Origin: Mobula birostris
Taxonomy: Eukaryota
Length of the DNA: 64,000 bases
Direction of reading: 5' to 3'
Assembly: GCF_030028105.1 (NCBI RefSeq)
Contig: NC_092397.1
Coordinates: 28,983,097-29,047,096, forward strand
A program made the position numbers and the translations under genes. Under the pieces are notes generated by a model that worked only from the letters and a program-made list of their open reading frames with translations, had not been told where the DNA came from and searched no databases. Below, piece by piece: positions 51,632 to 63,559 of this stretch. Each line of letters opens with the position of its first letter. Position 1 is the stretch's first letter.

Positions 51632-53157
51632 GTTGGATGATCAGCCATGATCATAATAAATGGCGGTGCAGGCTCAAAGGGCCGAATAGCCTACTCCTGC
51701 ACCTATTTTCTATGTTTTCATCTCCAGTCTTGCCGAAGGGTTTTGGACGGAAACATTGACTGTATTTTTTTGTTCTATAGGTGCTCCCTGGCCTGCTCAG
51801 TTCTTTTGTCTGTGTTGATTGGATTTGCAGCAACTGCAGATTTTCTCCTGTTTGTGCCACAATGCTGTACATCAGTGTATCAGCGATGATGTGTCTGGTT
51901 ACATTGTACTAATCTGAATGGACTGTGGAGCAAAGCCTCCAGAGCAACAAGTCCAGGCTATTGAATCCAACTCTGGTCTTGTGATAAATATGTAACTTTC
52001 CTCGAGTCTCTGCATGGCGCGGGGGGGGGGGGGGGGTTGAATAGTGTGTAGCGTGTAGCAACATTCGGGCTGATGGAATTGAGAATGATTTTGACTGTAG
52101 ATACGTAACCCATGTGTCCACAGTGATCAGTGATGGGACCTCTGTCTGATCAGATTAAAACACACATGGGTGATCAGATTGCTGATAACACAAATGTGGG
52201 TGCAGTTGTGGGTGGTGAGGAAGGTTGTCAAACAGACAGAACTGGATGTAGATCAATTGGAATCATGGATGAAGAAATGGGGGGCAGAGTTTAATCTGGA
52301 CAAGTGTGAGGAGTTTACAGGTCCAATGTTGGAGGAAACTCCACAGTAAATGGCAACACCCTTGGAAGCACTGATATATCTTGATGTGTTTGTCCATAAC
52401 ATACTACAAGTGAAATTGAAAGGAAATAAACTGCTATAAAGATCACAGAGTGAGAGGACTTGGGGGGAAGGGGGTGTCTGTGTAGGGTAATGAAATGGGT
52501 GGAAACACGCAGAATTAACAACCACCAACATTGAGCTGTGTTTCTCTTTAAGAGGCTGGACAGATGTTATGATGTAATTAGGTGATTTTTTTTAAACTGT
52601 GCTTTGTTTCTGTGTTTGGAGAACAATAAATGAGTCGTTATAGTTGTCCTTAAACATAAAATGCCTCATGCCATTTTATTTGCAAAAACCCACAATAACA
52701 TACTGGGTACCTGTAGCATTCACACCACAAGAACACCGCAGTGTCAAGCTGCACCCAGAAAGCCTGATCACATTCTCTTCAGCTTCAATGGCATTGCTGA
52801 CTCTGGGTTTACCATGGTCGAATGCCAGCAGGGTCATAATCAGCAGAAACTCTCACAAAGCAGCTCTGTTTGTATTGTGTGCTTTAGTAGGTCTGTGGGA
52901 GATACCCAGAATGTGAAACTATACTAATGGAGAGAGACACACTGACCCAAGTCACAGCTTGATGGGCAGAGGAAAACAGAGAATTTGATGTTGTGTCCTG
53001 ATGCCTGAACTATGCCCAGTTACAAATGTTGTTCCTCCAAACTGTGTTCAGCTTCACTGTAACAGTGTGACATCAGACATCAACATGAAAACTAAAATAA
53101 TCTCAGCTGAGGTGTATTTTCTTTCACCTGTTGATCTTCTTTGCAAACATTTTACAG

Positions 53158-54577
53158 GGCAGAAAAGACTGAATTTCTGTCTGAGAATCTCAAACACAAC
53201 AGTGTGTTGGTTCTCACGTGTTTGTCAGTTCCCCAACATTCGAATGCTACCAACCATTGAATGTGAAGGATGAGATGGTTGAGAAGACAGCACACCAGTC
53301 TTTGCAAGGAGAACCCCAATACGTGGACATGTCCTTGATCTGACCTGATAAATGGCCAGTGTTGATACTGGTGAGCTGACATTCACCGCAAGGGATTCAC
53401 CAGGCCACTGCACCCGCAGATACACCAGCAAGTTCACACGGGAAGAGGCCATTCACCTGCTCCGTGTGTGGGACGGGATTCATTCAGTCACATGACCTCT
53501 TACAACACCAGCAAGTTCACACGAGAAGAGGCCATTCACCTGCTCTGTGCATGGGACGGGATTGATTCAGTCACATGACCTCTTACAACACCAGCAAGTT
53601 CACACGGGGAGAGGCCATTCACCTGCTCCCTGTGTGGGGCGGGATTTATTCAGTGACATGAGCTCTTACAACACCAGCCAGTTCACACGGGGAGAGGACA
53701 TTCACCTGCTCCGTGTGTGGGGCGGGATTTATTCAGTCACATGAGCTCTTACAACACCAGGCAGTTCACACGGGGAGAGGCCATTCACCCGCTCCCTGTG
53801 TGGGACAGGATTCATTCAGTCACATGAGTCATTACAACACCAGCCAGTTCACACGGGGAGAGGACATTCACCTGCTCCGTGTGTGGGACAGGATTCATTC
53901 AGTCACATGAGCTATTACAACACCAGCCAGTTCACACGGGGAGAGGACATTCACCTGCTCCCTGTGTGGGGTGGGATTCATTCAGTCACATGAGCTCTTA
54001 CAACACCAGCCAGTTCACACGGGGAGAGGACATTCACCTGCTCCGTGTGTGGGGCGGGATTTATTCAGTGACATGAGCTATTACAATACCAGGCAGTTGA
54101 CACGGGGAGAGGACATTCACCTGCTCCGTGTGTGGGACAGGATTTATTCAGTGACATGAGCTATTACAACACCAGCCAGTTCACACGGGGAGAGGACATT
54201 CACCTGCTCCGTGTGTGGGACAGGATTCATTCAGTCACATGAGCTATTACAACACCAGCCAGTTCACACGGGGAGAGGACATTCACCTGCTCCCTGTGTG
54301 GGGCGGGATTTATTCAGTGACATGAGCTATTACAACACCAGGCAGTTCACGCCGGTGAGCAGCTGTACTTGGCTCTGTTGTCTCGGTCTCTCAGTACAGC
54401 TTCACACCTGCTCCGAGTGTGGGAGGAGATTCATTCAGTTGACCCACTTTGTGAGGCTCCAGTGAGTTTATAATACATAGAGGACACACTTCGGTCTTGT
54501 GTCGGTAAGGAAGTTTATGCAGTCATCCCACCTGCTGAAACACTGGCAACTTCACAGCAGGGAGGAAGTTGAAATAA
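53158..54577 (+). pseudogene. C2H2 zinc-finger exon, frameshifted (pseudogene)
   Basis: Splice acceptor ttttacAG at 53157, degraded flanking fingers, 11 repeated [25 protein letters not shown] units, none fused in frame. Confidence 0.85.
53449..54350 (+). repeat. 83-bp zinc-finger-derived tandem array, 11 copies
   Basis: Unit starts at 53449, 53532, 53615, 53698 … 54279 (period exactly 83). Confidence 0.95.
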
Positions 54578-55989
54578 GCTCCATGTGAACATTTTAATCA
54601 TCATGGTGACTGAATCTAGTTGGAAGTTCATGTGAGACTGTTAATGTCAGATTCTGCAGATATTGCAGCTGATCACTGAGCATTGGAGGGTTCGTTCTGC
54701 TGATGTTAGTTTTAAACAACACTGGTGTTTAATATTGTGGATCTGTGACAAATTAATCAGTTCTATTTCAGATCCTGTGTCTCAGGTGCTTCCCGCCTGT
54801 CACACAGCTAATGTACAGTAGACAGGCCACTCAGTTCATCTGGTACCTGCTCATATTCCTGTTGCACAGCAGAGCCTTCAAACCCATCCCTGCTGTTCAC
54901 CACTCACTCACCCTATAAAATTCAGCTTGCAACTGCTCACCGGTCTGTGAATGAACAGGTTTACTTTGAATTAAATCCCGATCTTTCTGGAAACTGCAGA
55001 AGATGAATTCACGAGGGTTTTGTCCCAAATATTCCTCATCCCTCACAGCTCTGGACCAAGGATGAAGTCTTGTGTGCTTAAAATCTTCCTGTCCTGCTCT
55101 ATTCATTGTTTTGTGTCATTTTCACTGATTTCGAAGGGCTGTGCCTCACCCTGCCGGGCTGTTGCAATACAACACTCTCCTCTAAAGTACGACAGCAGAA
55201 TGGTGGAGCAGAAACAAGAAGGGTCAGCACAAATGAGGGCTTTGGGGCTCCAGATGTGATGGAGGCTCGAGTTTACGTAGAGTAGAAGGAGGGAATCAGA
55301 CCAGGAGGATGAGGCTGCAAATGAAAGTTCAGCAACATTTGGAAACTGATTGAAAAAAAAGGTTTATGTTTGCAAGATACTGGAGGGAGTCAGTGGCCCT
55401 GGCAGCATCTGTGCAGAGGAATAAATAGTTGATATTATGGGCCAAGACACTTCATCCTATCTAGACTGTTTATTCCTCTGTTTAGCTGCTGCCTGACCTG
55501 CTGAGTTCCCACAGTACTTTGTGTGTGTCACTTTACAGTTTATTCCCAGCATCTGCTGAACCTCGAGTTTCATATCTGTATTTCTAAATGAGTGGGACTG
55601 TGACAGTTGTCATACAAAATGCTTGTTGACATTGAGTAATAAACAGGAGAAAATCTGCAGATGCTGGAAATCCAAGGAACACACACAAAATGCTGGAGAA
55701 ACTCTGCAGGCCAGGCAGCATCTGTGGATAAAAGTACAGCTGACGTTTTGGGCCGAGATTCTTCAGCAGGACTGGAGAAAAAACAATGAGGAGTAAATTT
55801 TAAAAGGTGGGGGAGGGGAGAGAGAATTCTTAAATTCACACAAAGAAACTCTACATCACTAATACTATCATTGCTACAGCTGGTTTCCAACACATTAAGA
55901 TATTCTTGTAAAACCTTATTGCTACATTGTTTAGTCTCTCCACCTATTTTGATTATGAATTGCAGCAAATGACCGAGCCAGGACTCAAC

Positions 55990-56800
55990 CGTCTCTCCTT
56001 CAGGAACAATTGTATTACCTTCTTTAATCAATATTCGGAACCCTATGAATCCCACACCCCCATTTTCTTAGTCATTCCCCAAACATCTTCAAGTTTAATA
56101 GTCCTTCCAATACTTTCACAATATGACCTCCAGTAAATCTTTTTCACAAGCTTCATTACTTTCCTCACCACGGCCTGTGACCTGTTACACTTAATATGAT
56201 TACGCGGAGAGTGATACTTCCTAACTTTCCGAAATGCCACGTTTCTCTCAGTAACTGCCTCTGCACACTCCTCCGTCCACCATGGTACAGCTTTTCTCCC
56301 ACTACTGCACTTTTTAAATTGAATCTCTGCCACCACTATTTGATGAATAATGTCACAACGTTTCTTTGCAGAAATCCACATCATCCTCACCATTCAGCCC
56401 AGGCAGACGCTCAGCACATAAAACATTCAAACTTCTCCCAATTTGCTTTACCAGAGTTCCACCTCCTGAAAGTGGCCTCATGCCCCCTATATAAATCCAA
56501 ACCCAAGCTTATAAACATAGGGAAACGATCACTCCCCAATGCTTCATCTCCCATGACATCCCACTACTCACTCCAATGTTCAAAACTAAAGTTAAATTTA
56601 CAGCATTTTCAGAACTATTATGAACATTAAATCTCGTACCTCTCCCACCATAAAGACTAACAGGATATGAAATATCTGAAACTCTTCTATAAACAAAATA
56701 TTACCAATCTGAGAACAACCCCACAGTAAATTAACTATGTGTTAAAATCCCCACACCATACAACGCTTAGTGAGCTAGAGCTACGTATACTCTCCAACAA
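55990..56800 (-). mobile_element. I/Nimb-clade LINE fragment
   Basis: KAVPWWTEECAEAVTERNVAFRK…YWRSYCESI…VWGMTKKM. Confidence 0.7.
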
Positions 56801-56834
56801 ATCAATCGGAAGCTTTCCACAATGGTTATAATAA

Positions 56835-56944
56835 CACACAAACACGAGGAAATCTGCAGATGCTGGAATTTCAAGCAACACGCATAAAAGTTGCTGGTGA
56901 ACGCAGCAGGCCAGGCAGCATCTCTAGGAAGAGGTACAGTCGAT
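56835..56944 (-). mobile_element. 110-bp Penelope terminal fragment with 10-bp TSD
   Basis: GTTATAATAA at 56825-56834 and 56945-56954. Confidence 0.8.
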
Positions 56945-57284
56945 GTTATAATAATATACCACTTTATTGCCCCTACCTGTGGAATCAAATGTGTCTTCAA
57001 ATGCCTCATACATTCCATTTACATCCACAACTTTATGCCCTCTCCCTCTCTTTAAAAAATACTTGCAACACCACCTCCTCTACCAACTAATCTATCACGC
57101 TTAATTACAATATAACACTGGAAGGAAGAACTTAAATGCGATAACAATCAGGTTTCCTGAATACATATAACATCACATAGACTTGATAAATCAGAAATAA
57201 ACGAAGTTTTGACCATTAGAAATCAGGCTTCTGAAAATCGCCCTTCTGATGCAGGCGGGGCGGGAGGTGCGGAATGTAGTGGGG

Positions 57285-57640
57285 CGTTTATGATTGGTGA
57301 ACCAGTGCCCATTCTGATTTGAAAGAGCAAATATTCCAATCACAGGGCTGCCTTATTCACCAATCAGACTGTAGAAGCGCGGAAAATACCGTCTAACCGC
57401 CGAAATATACTGAAATTTGCAATACACCGCCAAAAAAGCCTTTGTTGCTGAAATTAAACCACAACAGGTTTGTTTGTCGGCCCCCGTTACTGGAGTCCGA
57501 CACACTTAAACAAAGTGTAGTTAATATTGCGATGGTGTCTGAGAAATTAGTTCACCGATATCTTTCAATTGATAAACGATTGGAATAAAACCGGTCCTCA
57601 GCTGCTGTTCGCGGTCGGTCATTGTGTAAACTCAAGTCAG
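57285..57640 (-). promoter_or_regulatory. Orphan H2A-type promoter (gene absent)
   Basis: Colinear with 45058-45445, e.g. gctgcctta(a/t)tcaccaatcag, gtagaagcgcggaaa, gcggtcggtcattgtgtaaac. Confidence 0.8.
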
Positions 57641-58034
57641 TTTAGCAAGGGGTCACCCGTCAGAAAGTGGAGCTTTAACAAGTACTCTGAACGACCCGTG
57701 ACAGTGTTCAGCTCTCGCGTCGGAATGGGGTTAAGAGAAGTATCGAAAATGGGACAAAGCTTAATGAACCCACGGTATTTAAACCAGAAACATTAGCGTC
57801 CATGTCAGAGAAATCTGATGACCGAGAGGAAGCGACGGGGAAACGGGTGTGTAACGATTCCGTGTCTGGGCAGTTGGCAGGAATTAACAGAGAAATTGGG
57901 ATTATACTGAGCAGCGGACAGCAAGTTCTGATTAACGGGGATAAGATTCTGAATGAGCATTTCAACAAAAAATTCCAAATTTACCTCAATTCCATGTCTC
58001 AACATCGTGTAACTCTTTTAATGAAACCGTGAGT

Positions 58035-58050
58035 GGCTCTTAAAAGAGCC
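58035..58050 (-). terminator. Histone 3' stem-loop of second H2B
   Basis: Reverse strand GGCTCTTTTAAGAGCC; HDE AAAAGAGTTA. Confidence 0.95.
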
Positions 58051-58087
58051 TTTGATTTTCCGGTTTGTTTTGTCAGTGAACTTGTCT

Positions 58088-58462
58088 TCACTTGGAGCTG
58101 GTGTACTTGGTCACCGCCTTTGTCCCTTCGGACACGGCGTGCTTGGCCAGCTCCCCGGGCAGCAGCAGCCGCACGGCGGTCTGGATCTCCCGGGAGCTGA
58201 TGGTGGACCGCTTGTTGTAATGGGCCAGGCGGGAAGCCTCGCCCGCGATGCGCTCGAAAATATCGTTGACGAATGAATTCATGATGCTCATGGCCTTGGA
58301 GGAGATGCCGGTGTCGGGGTGAACCTGCTTCATCACTTTGTAGATGTAGATGGCGTAAGTCTCCTTCCTCGACCTCTTGCGCTTCTTGCCAGTCTTGCTC
58401 GCTGGTTTGGACAAAGCTTTCTTGGCGCCCTTCTTGGGAGCGGGTTTCGCTGGATCAGGCAT
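58088..58462 (-). CDS. H2B: Histone H2B (124 aa, KETYAIY variant)
   Basis: True ATG at 58462 ([11 protein letters not shown]); TATTTAAA and ATTAACAT (58540-58547) upstream. Confidence 0.98.
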   Translation of the reverse strand: MPDPAKPAPKKGAKKALSKPASKTGKKRKRSRKETYAIYIYKVMKQVHPDTGISSKAMSIMNSFVNDIFERIAGEASRLAHYNKRSTISSREIQTAVRLLLPGELAKHAVSEGTKAVTKYTSSK

Positions 58463-59859
58463 TTCCTCGTCGGTTTCAAACACAATAATAAGCAGAAGCT
58501 GTTCGGAGCGCGGTTTAAATAGGCAGCGCCCAAAGCGGTATGTTAATGAGGATGGGAATGCTGAGCATTTCCATTGGCTGTTTGGAGAAATGAATCACCA
58601 ATCGGAACGCTGGGGATGAGAAGCGGCGCCAATGGGCGGGGTTTACCGCTGTCGTTTGATGCGGGAGGAAGTACTGAAGGGCAGAGACAGGCCGGGGTGC
58701 GGGCTGAAATTGAAAAGGGAAACGCAAATTTCAAAAGCCGAATGAAAATAAAATCAGATGAAATATTGTAAAATTAAACACTAGGACATTTAGTTCATGA
58801 CATAGGGCTGCAGGAGAGTGAAGGAGAGATTTGGACATTTCAGTGTAAAGTTTAAATCGAGTTTATTTATGCACAGGTGAAAGGAACAAAGTATTTGTAG
58901 CAGCATCACAGACATTGCATCAGAGACACAACACTGACAAGGAACACTGAAATTAAATATGAATTATACCAAAATATTCAAACAGACAGAAGACTATCAG
59001 AACAAAATCAAAATAACAAACAGATTATGCCAGCAGTGGGAGAATCATCCCTCTTGTGCTTCTTCATCTCGTCACTCTGGATTCAGTGTCACACAACGCT
59101 GCCACTTTGATCTGGCCCATGCCTTCATTAACCAAGTCCAACACTTGCCTTTATTGCATCTTCCTTCTCCTTACACTGGTCATCGGGTTTGTGGGGGTGT
59201 GTGCCCCCTTGAACCTCAGGATTAGGTTTGAGGGTAGGGCTGGTGGATGTATATGCGGGGCTGGGAGAGATAATGCTGTGGAGTTTAGTGTGGTGAGATA
59301 TGTGGGGCTATGGTGGATAGGGTAGTGCAGTGGAGTCAATTTAATCTGGCCCATTCCCTTCATTAACGTGGCCTGACACCACTTGGCTTAATGAACCGGG
59401 TGTTGCAAAGGGACACATCGTCAGTAATGCAACCTGGGGTCATTGGGTGTTTTGGGTCTTTAATCATGAGACATCCTCGCCCAGGCAACCCAGCCAGGGT
59501 TAATCAGGCCCGCTTGTGTTTATCCCATGGATCAAGGTAATGAGAGGCATGTAATTCTGCATGTTGTGGGTATTTTAAACCTTGTTACTTGGCTTTATTT
59601 TGACCATTTGGGGAGTAGAATGTTCTGAGGCCTAGTAATCAGGCTTTACCTCCAAGTAAGGTTCAACTTTCCTACTTTCAATTTAGAATTGTCTTTATTT
59701 TGCATCTGTATGCCTGGGATTGCATGGGTTAAATTAACAGTGTTCACTGCAGTACAAATTAGTGATTAGGTCTGTGGAGATTGGTCCATAATTCCAAAAT
59801 GCAAACATCTCTGAAATCCAGAATTTTTTGTGCTGACATGACATCACAAATGGAGAATT

Positions 59860-60325
59860 TTACTCAGGATTAAATGGCTTGCCTAATGAAGAGAGTTTCA
59901 CGGCTCTGGGCCTCTATTCATTGGAACTTCGAAGAAAGAAGGGTTACCAAATTGAAACCTATCAAATAGTGAAAGGGCTTGATTGAGTGGATGTGGAGAG
60001 GATTTTTCCTGTGATGGGTGTGTCTAAAACTGGACCACACAGCTTCAAAATAGAGGGGCATCCTTTTAGAATGGAAATGAGGACGAATTTCTTCAGCCAG
60101 AGAGTGGTGAATCTGTGAATTGTTTTGCAACAGGCAGCTGTGGAGGCCAAATCACTGGGTATAGGCAGAGATTGATAGATTCTTGATTGGTCAGGGCATG
60201 AAGGGATACAATGGAAGGCAGGAGATTGGGGCTGAGAGGAAAAATTGATCAGTGATGATGAAATGCCAGAGAAGGCTCAACAGGCAAAATGGTCGAATTC
60301 TGCTCCTGTATCTTATGGTCTTATG
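59860..60325 (+). mobile_element. CR1 3' fragment
   Basis: gaatttcttcagccagagagtggtgaatctg; tail cctgtatcttatggtcttatgg. Confidence 0.85.
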
Positions 60326-60487
60326 GACTCACTTAGTGACTAAATCTCTCCCAGAGATCTCAGCTTTGACTCAACCCAGCAACTGAGGCTCCACATTACT
60401 TATATAAGGAATACAGAAGTTCTTTGTTCTCTGATTAACAAAACATCTCATTTCCATCCTGAATGCTTGTCACCTCATTCTGAGCAA

Positions 60488-60720
60488 CAGACACAAAATG
60501 CTGGAGGAAGTCAGCAGGCCAGGCAGCATCTATGGGAAAGAGTAACGAGTCGATGCTTCGGGCTGAGAATCTTCACCCTGAGATCTGATGAAGTGTCTCG
60601 GCCCGAAGTGTCGACTGTTAACTCTTTTTCATAGAGGCTGCCTGTCCTGCTGAGTTCTTCCAGCATTTTGTGTGTGTTGCGTTTGATTTCTAGCATCAGC
60701 AGATTCTCTCGTGTTTGTGA
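60488..60720. mobile_element. Palindromic Penelope-derived element (two arms back to back)
   Basis: acacaaaatgctggaggaa…/…ttcttccagcattttgtgt inverted arms with two opposed degenerate hammerhead cores at the centre. Confidence 0.8.
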
Positions 60721-60729
60721 TTTACACCT

Positions 60730-62290
60730 CATTCTAAGGGTATTTTCCTCAGATATGGAGTTCTCATTCAGGGGAAAGATCCTCCTTGCCTATTGCCTGT
60801 CATATCCTGAAAGAATCTAACAGATTTCCTCGTTTTCTCATGAACAGCAGGGAATACAGACCCAGCGCACTCACTCTCCTCTCATATAACCAACCTTCCA
60901 TCCCCGGAACCAACCCAGTCAGTGTGGGGAACAGTCACTGCACTCCCTCTATTGCAGGGATATCCTTCCTGAGGAAGTGTGACCAAACCTGGACACGATA
61001 CTCAAGGTGTGCTCTCACCAGGGCCCTATATAATCCCAGTGAGACCTCTGTACCCTCTTGTACAATCCCCATGGATCACAGGACAAAATACTGTTTGAAC
61101 ATAGAACATAGAATAGTACAGCACAGTACAGGCCCTTCGGCCCACAATGTTGTGCCGACCCTCAAACCCTGCCTCCCATATAAATAGAACATAGAATAGT
61201 ACAGCACAGTTCAGGCACTCTCATTACTTGTTGTATCTGCATGTAAACTCAAGTGATTTGTTTACAAGGATGCCCAGGTCCCTCTGAACATCCCTGTGTG
61301 GAAATGACTCTTACAGTTTGTTCCTGGGAATGGGTGATCACACATTTCCCCACATTCTGTTCCATCTGCCACATCCTCAACCGTTACTCTCCTGTCTACA
61401 TCCCCCAAACCTTCTCACTACTGACACTGTCCCTCCCGCTCTGCCACAGCAGCAGACATAGTCACTGAGTTATACAGCACAGAAACAGGTCCTTCAGCCC
61501 AACACATCCATGCTGACCAAGTGGCCAAACAAAATTATTGTCAGTTGCCTGCATTTGGCCCATGTCCCTGCGAAACTTCCCTCTCCACAGTCCAAGAGAT
61601 ATTGCAACTGTGCCCACCTACACCACCACTCGGGGTAGTTTGTTCCATGTAAACAGCACATTCTGTGTACAAAACCTGCTCCTCAGGGTCCTATTTAAAT
61701 CTTTCCTCTCTCACTTTATATCTGTAATCTCTCGCTTCCAACTCCATAAACCTGGAGATAACAGATTCACTGTTGACCGTATCTATGACTGCCATTATTT
61801 TATCACCTCTCTAATGTCACATACACTCTGGTGAGAAAGGTCCTGGCCTATGCAGCCTCCTGTTAAATCCCTTTTGCACCCTCTCCAGTTTAATGTCACC
61901 CTCTGATCCCAGGGCAACTATAACTGTACTCCGTGCTCCGAGAGTAGTTTCCCCGAGGCTGGTAGAGCTGTAATGTGACGTCACAGTCCAGTGCCCGATA
62001 CTCTGACCGATGAATGCGAGTGTGGCGAACAGCTTCTTCACCGTCCTGCCGACCTGTGTTTACACTCTGAAGGAATTCGATATCTACACCCCGATATCTC
62101 TGTTTTACAGCACTCCCAGGGACAGACCATTCCCCACGGCAGTTCTGCCCTGGTTCGTCAATGACAATGGAACATCTCACATTTATCTGTCATTCCTCAA
62201 ATCAGTGACCTCATTGATCACCGTCCTGTTGTAATGTTAGTTACATTGTTTCACACTCCACGATATCACCAACTTTAGTGACATCGATAA
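60730..62290 (-). mobile_element. Old CR1 fragments
   Basis: tactcaaggtgtgctctcaccagggccctata (LYRALVRAHLEY reversed), CR1 tails. Confidence 0.65.
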
Positions 62291-62533
62291 ATTTGCTGAG
62301 CCGGGCAGTGACGTTATCAGCCCTGACTCAGCTCCCAGGCTTTTCCTCGCAGCGATACACGCGCAGTGCTGGAGGAACTCAGCAGGCCAGGCAGCATCTA
62401 TGAGAAACTGGAACAGCCAACGTTTCAGGCCGAGACCCTCCATCAGCATCTGCACAATGGTCTTGTGTTTGGTTTTCCTTCGATCCTAAATTACTGGATA
62501 ACATGACCCATCCTCCAATCCTCTGCCACCACT

Positions 62534-62735
62534 CCTGCCCGAGAAACGCGCAGAGAGACAGAGGCGGGGAGGGGAGGAGACAGAGTCAGAGTGACGGACA
62601 GTGCCGAGAGCGGCCTCTCATCGTCCAGCTCCGCCTTCACTTTAATACACCCGGCAATTTCCAACGGTTTGTCCGAAACACAGAGCTCCAGAGAGAGAGA
62701 AAAAAACGCCCTCTAACACCACGTACAGAAGGAGT
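62534..62735 (-). promoter_or_regulatory. Orphan H4 promoter, truncated before the TATA box
   Basis: Nearly identical to 63625-63810 (cctgcccgagaaacgcgcagagagacagaggcggggagggg…) but with no TATA or CDS. Confidence 0.88.
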
Positions 62736-63189
62736 TCTAGGAATTTACTGGCAGTCGGACTTCATCGGATCAGAATACAGTGTGATTGGCGCAGGATCAA
62801 TTTCAAATTGCCCGCCAATTTCAGAGCACCCAGCAACGGTGATGGAAGACTTTTTTAAAAATTATTTACCGTTAGTTTTATCACGCATTATACAATTTCA
62901 GTTTCATTTAATAAATTTAATATCTAATCCCCTGAGTTAAGATTTAAATGCATAATTACGGAATCGCTTCTCTAAAGGAGTGAACTGATTCCTGTCCGAG
63001 ACGGATAAAAGAATGAAGATCGATCTTAACGCGTTCAGAGGTTCTGAAGTAATCACCGACTGGAAAGGCAGATTCGCAGGAATATTGCAAACCGAACCGA
63101 TTAATGTGTTTCAAATGTAACTCAGCTGAATGTATCGATAAAAATAATTAAAAGGTTGTGGATACGGCTCCGTCTGTGAGGCGGTGGGT

Positions 63190-63205
63190 GGCTCTTAGAA
63201 GAGCC
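63190..63205 (-). terminator. Histone 3' stem-loop of second H4
   Basis: Reverse strand GGCTCTTCTAAGAGCC. Confidence 0.95.
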
Positions 63206-63238
63206 TTTGTTTTGTGCTCGGGAGGAGGTGGGAGTTTT

Positions 63239-63559
<321 letters not shown>

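Larger units (their letters stand above)
47650..51718 (+). mobile_element. Near full-length young CR1 LINE inserted in a Penelope tail remnant (47337-47650 / 51719-51850)
   Basis: ORF1 + ORF2 + HER1-like 3' tail; the two flanks rejoin as a Penelope 3' end. Confidence 0.95.

Noticed and set aside
48964-51654. Antisense ORFs of 258, 134 and 230 aa
   Set aside because: Mirror frames of CR1 ORF2 with no independent domain.
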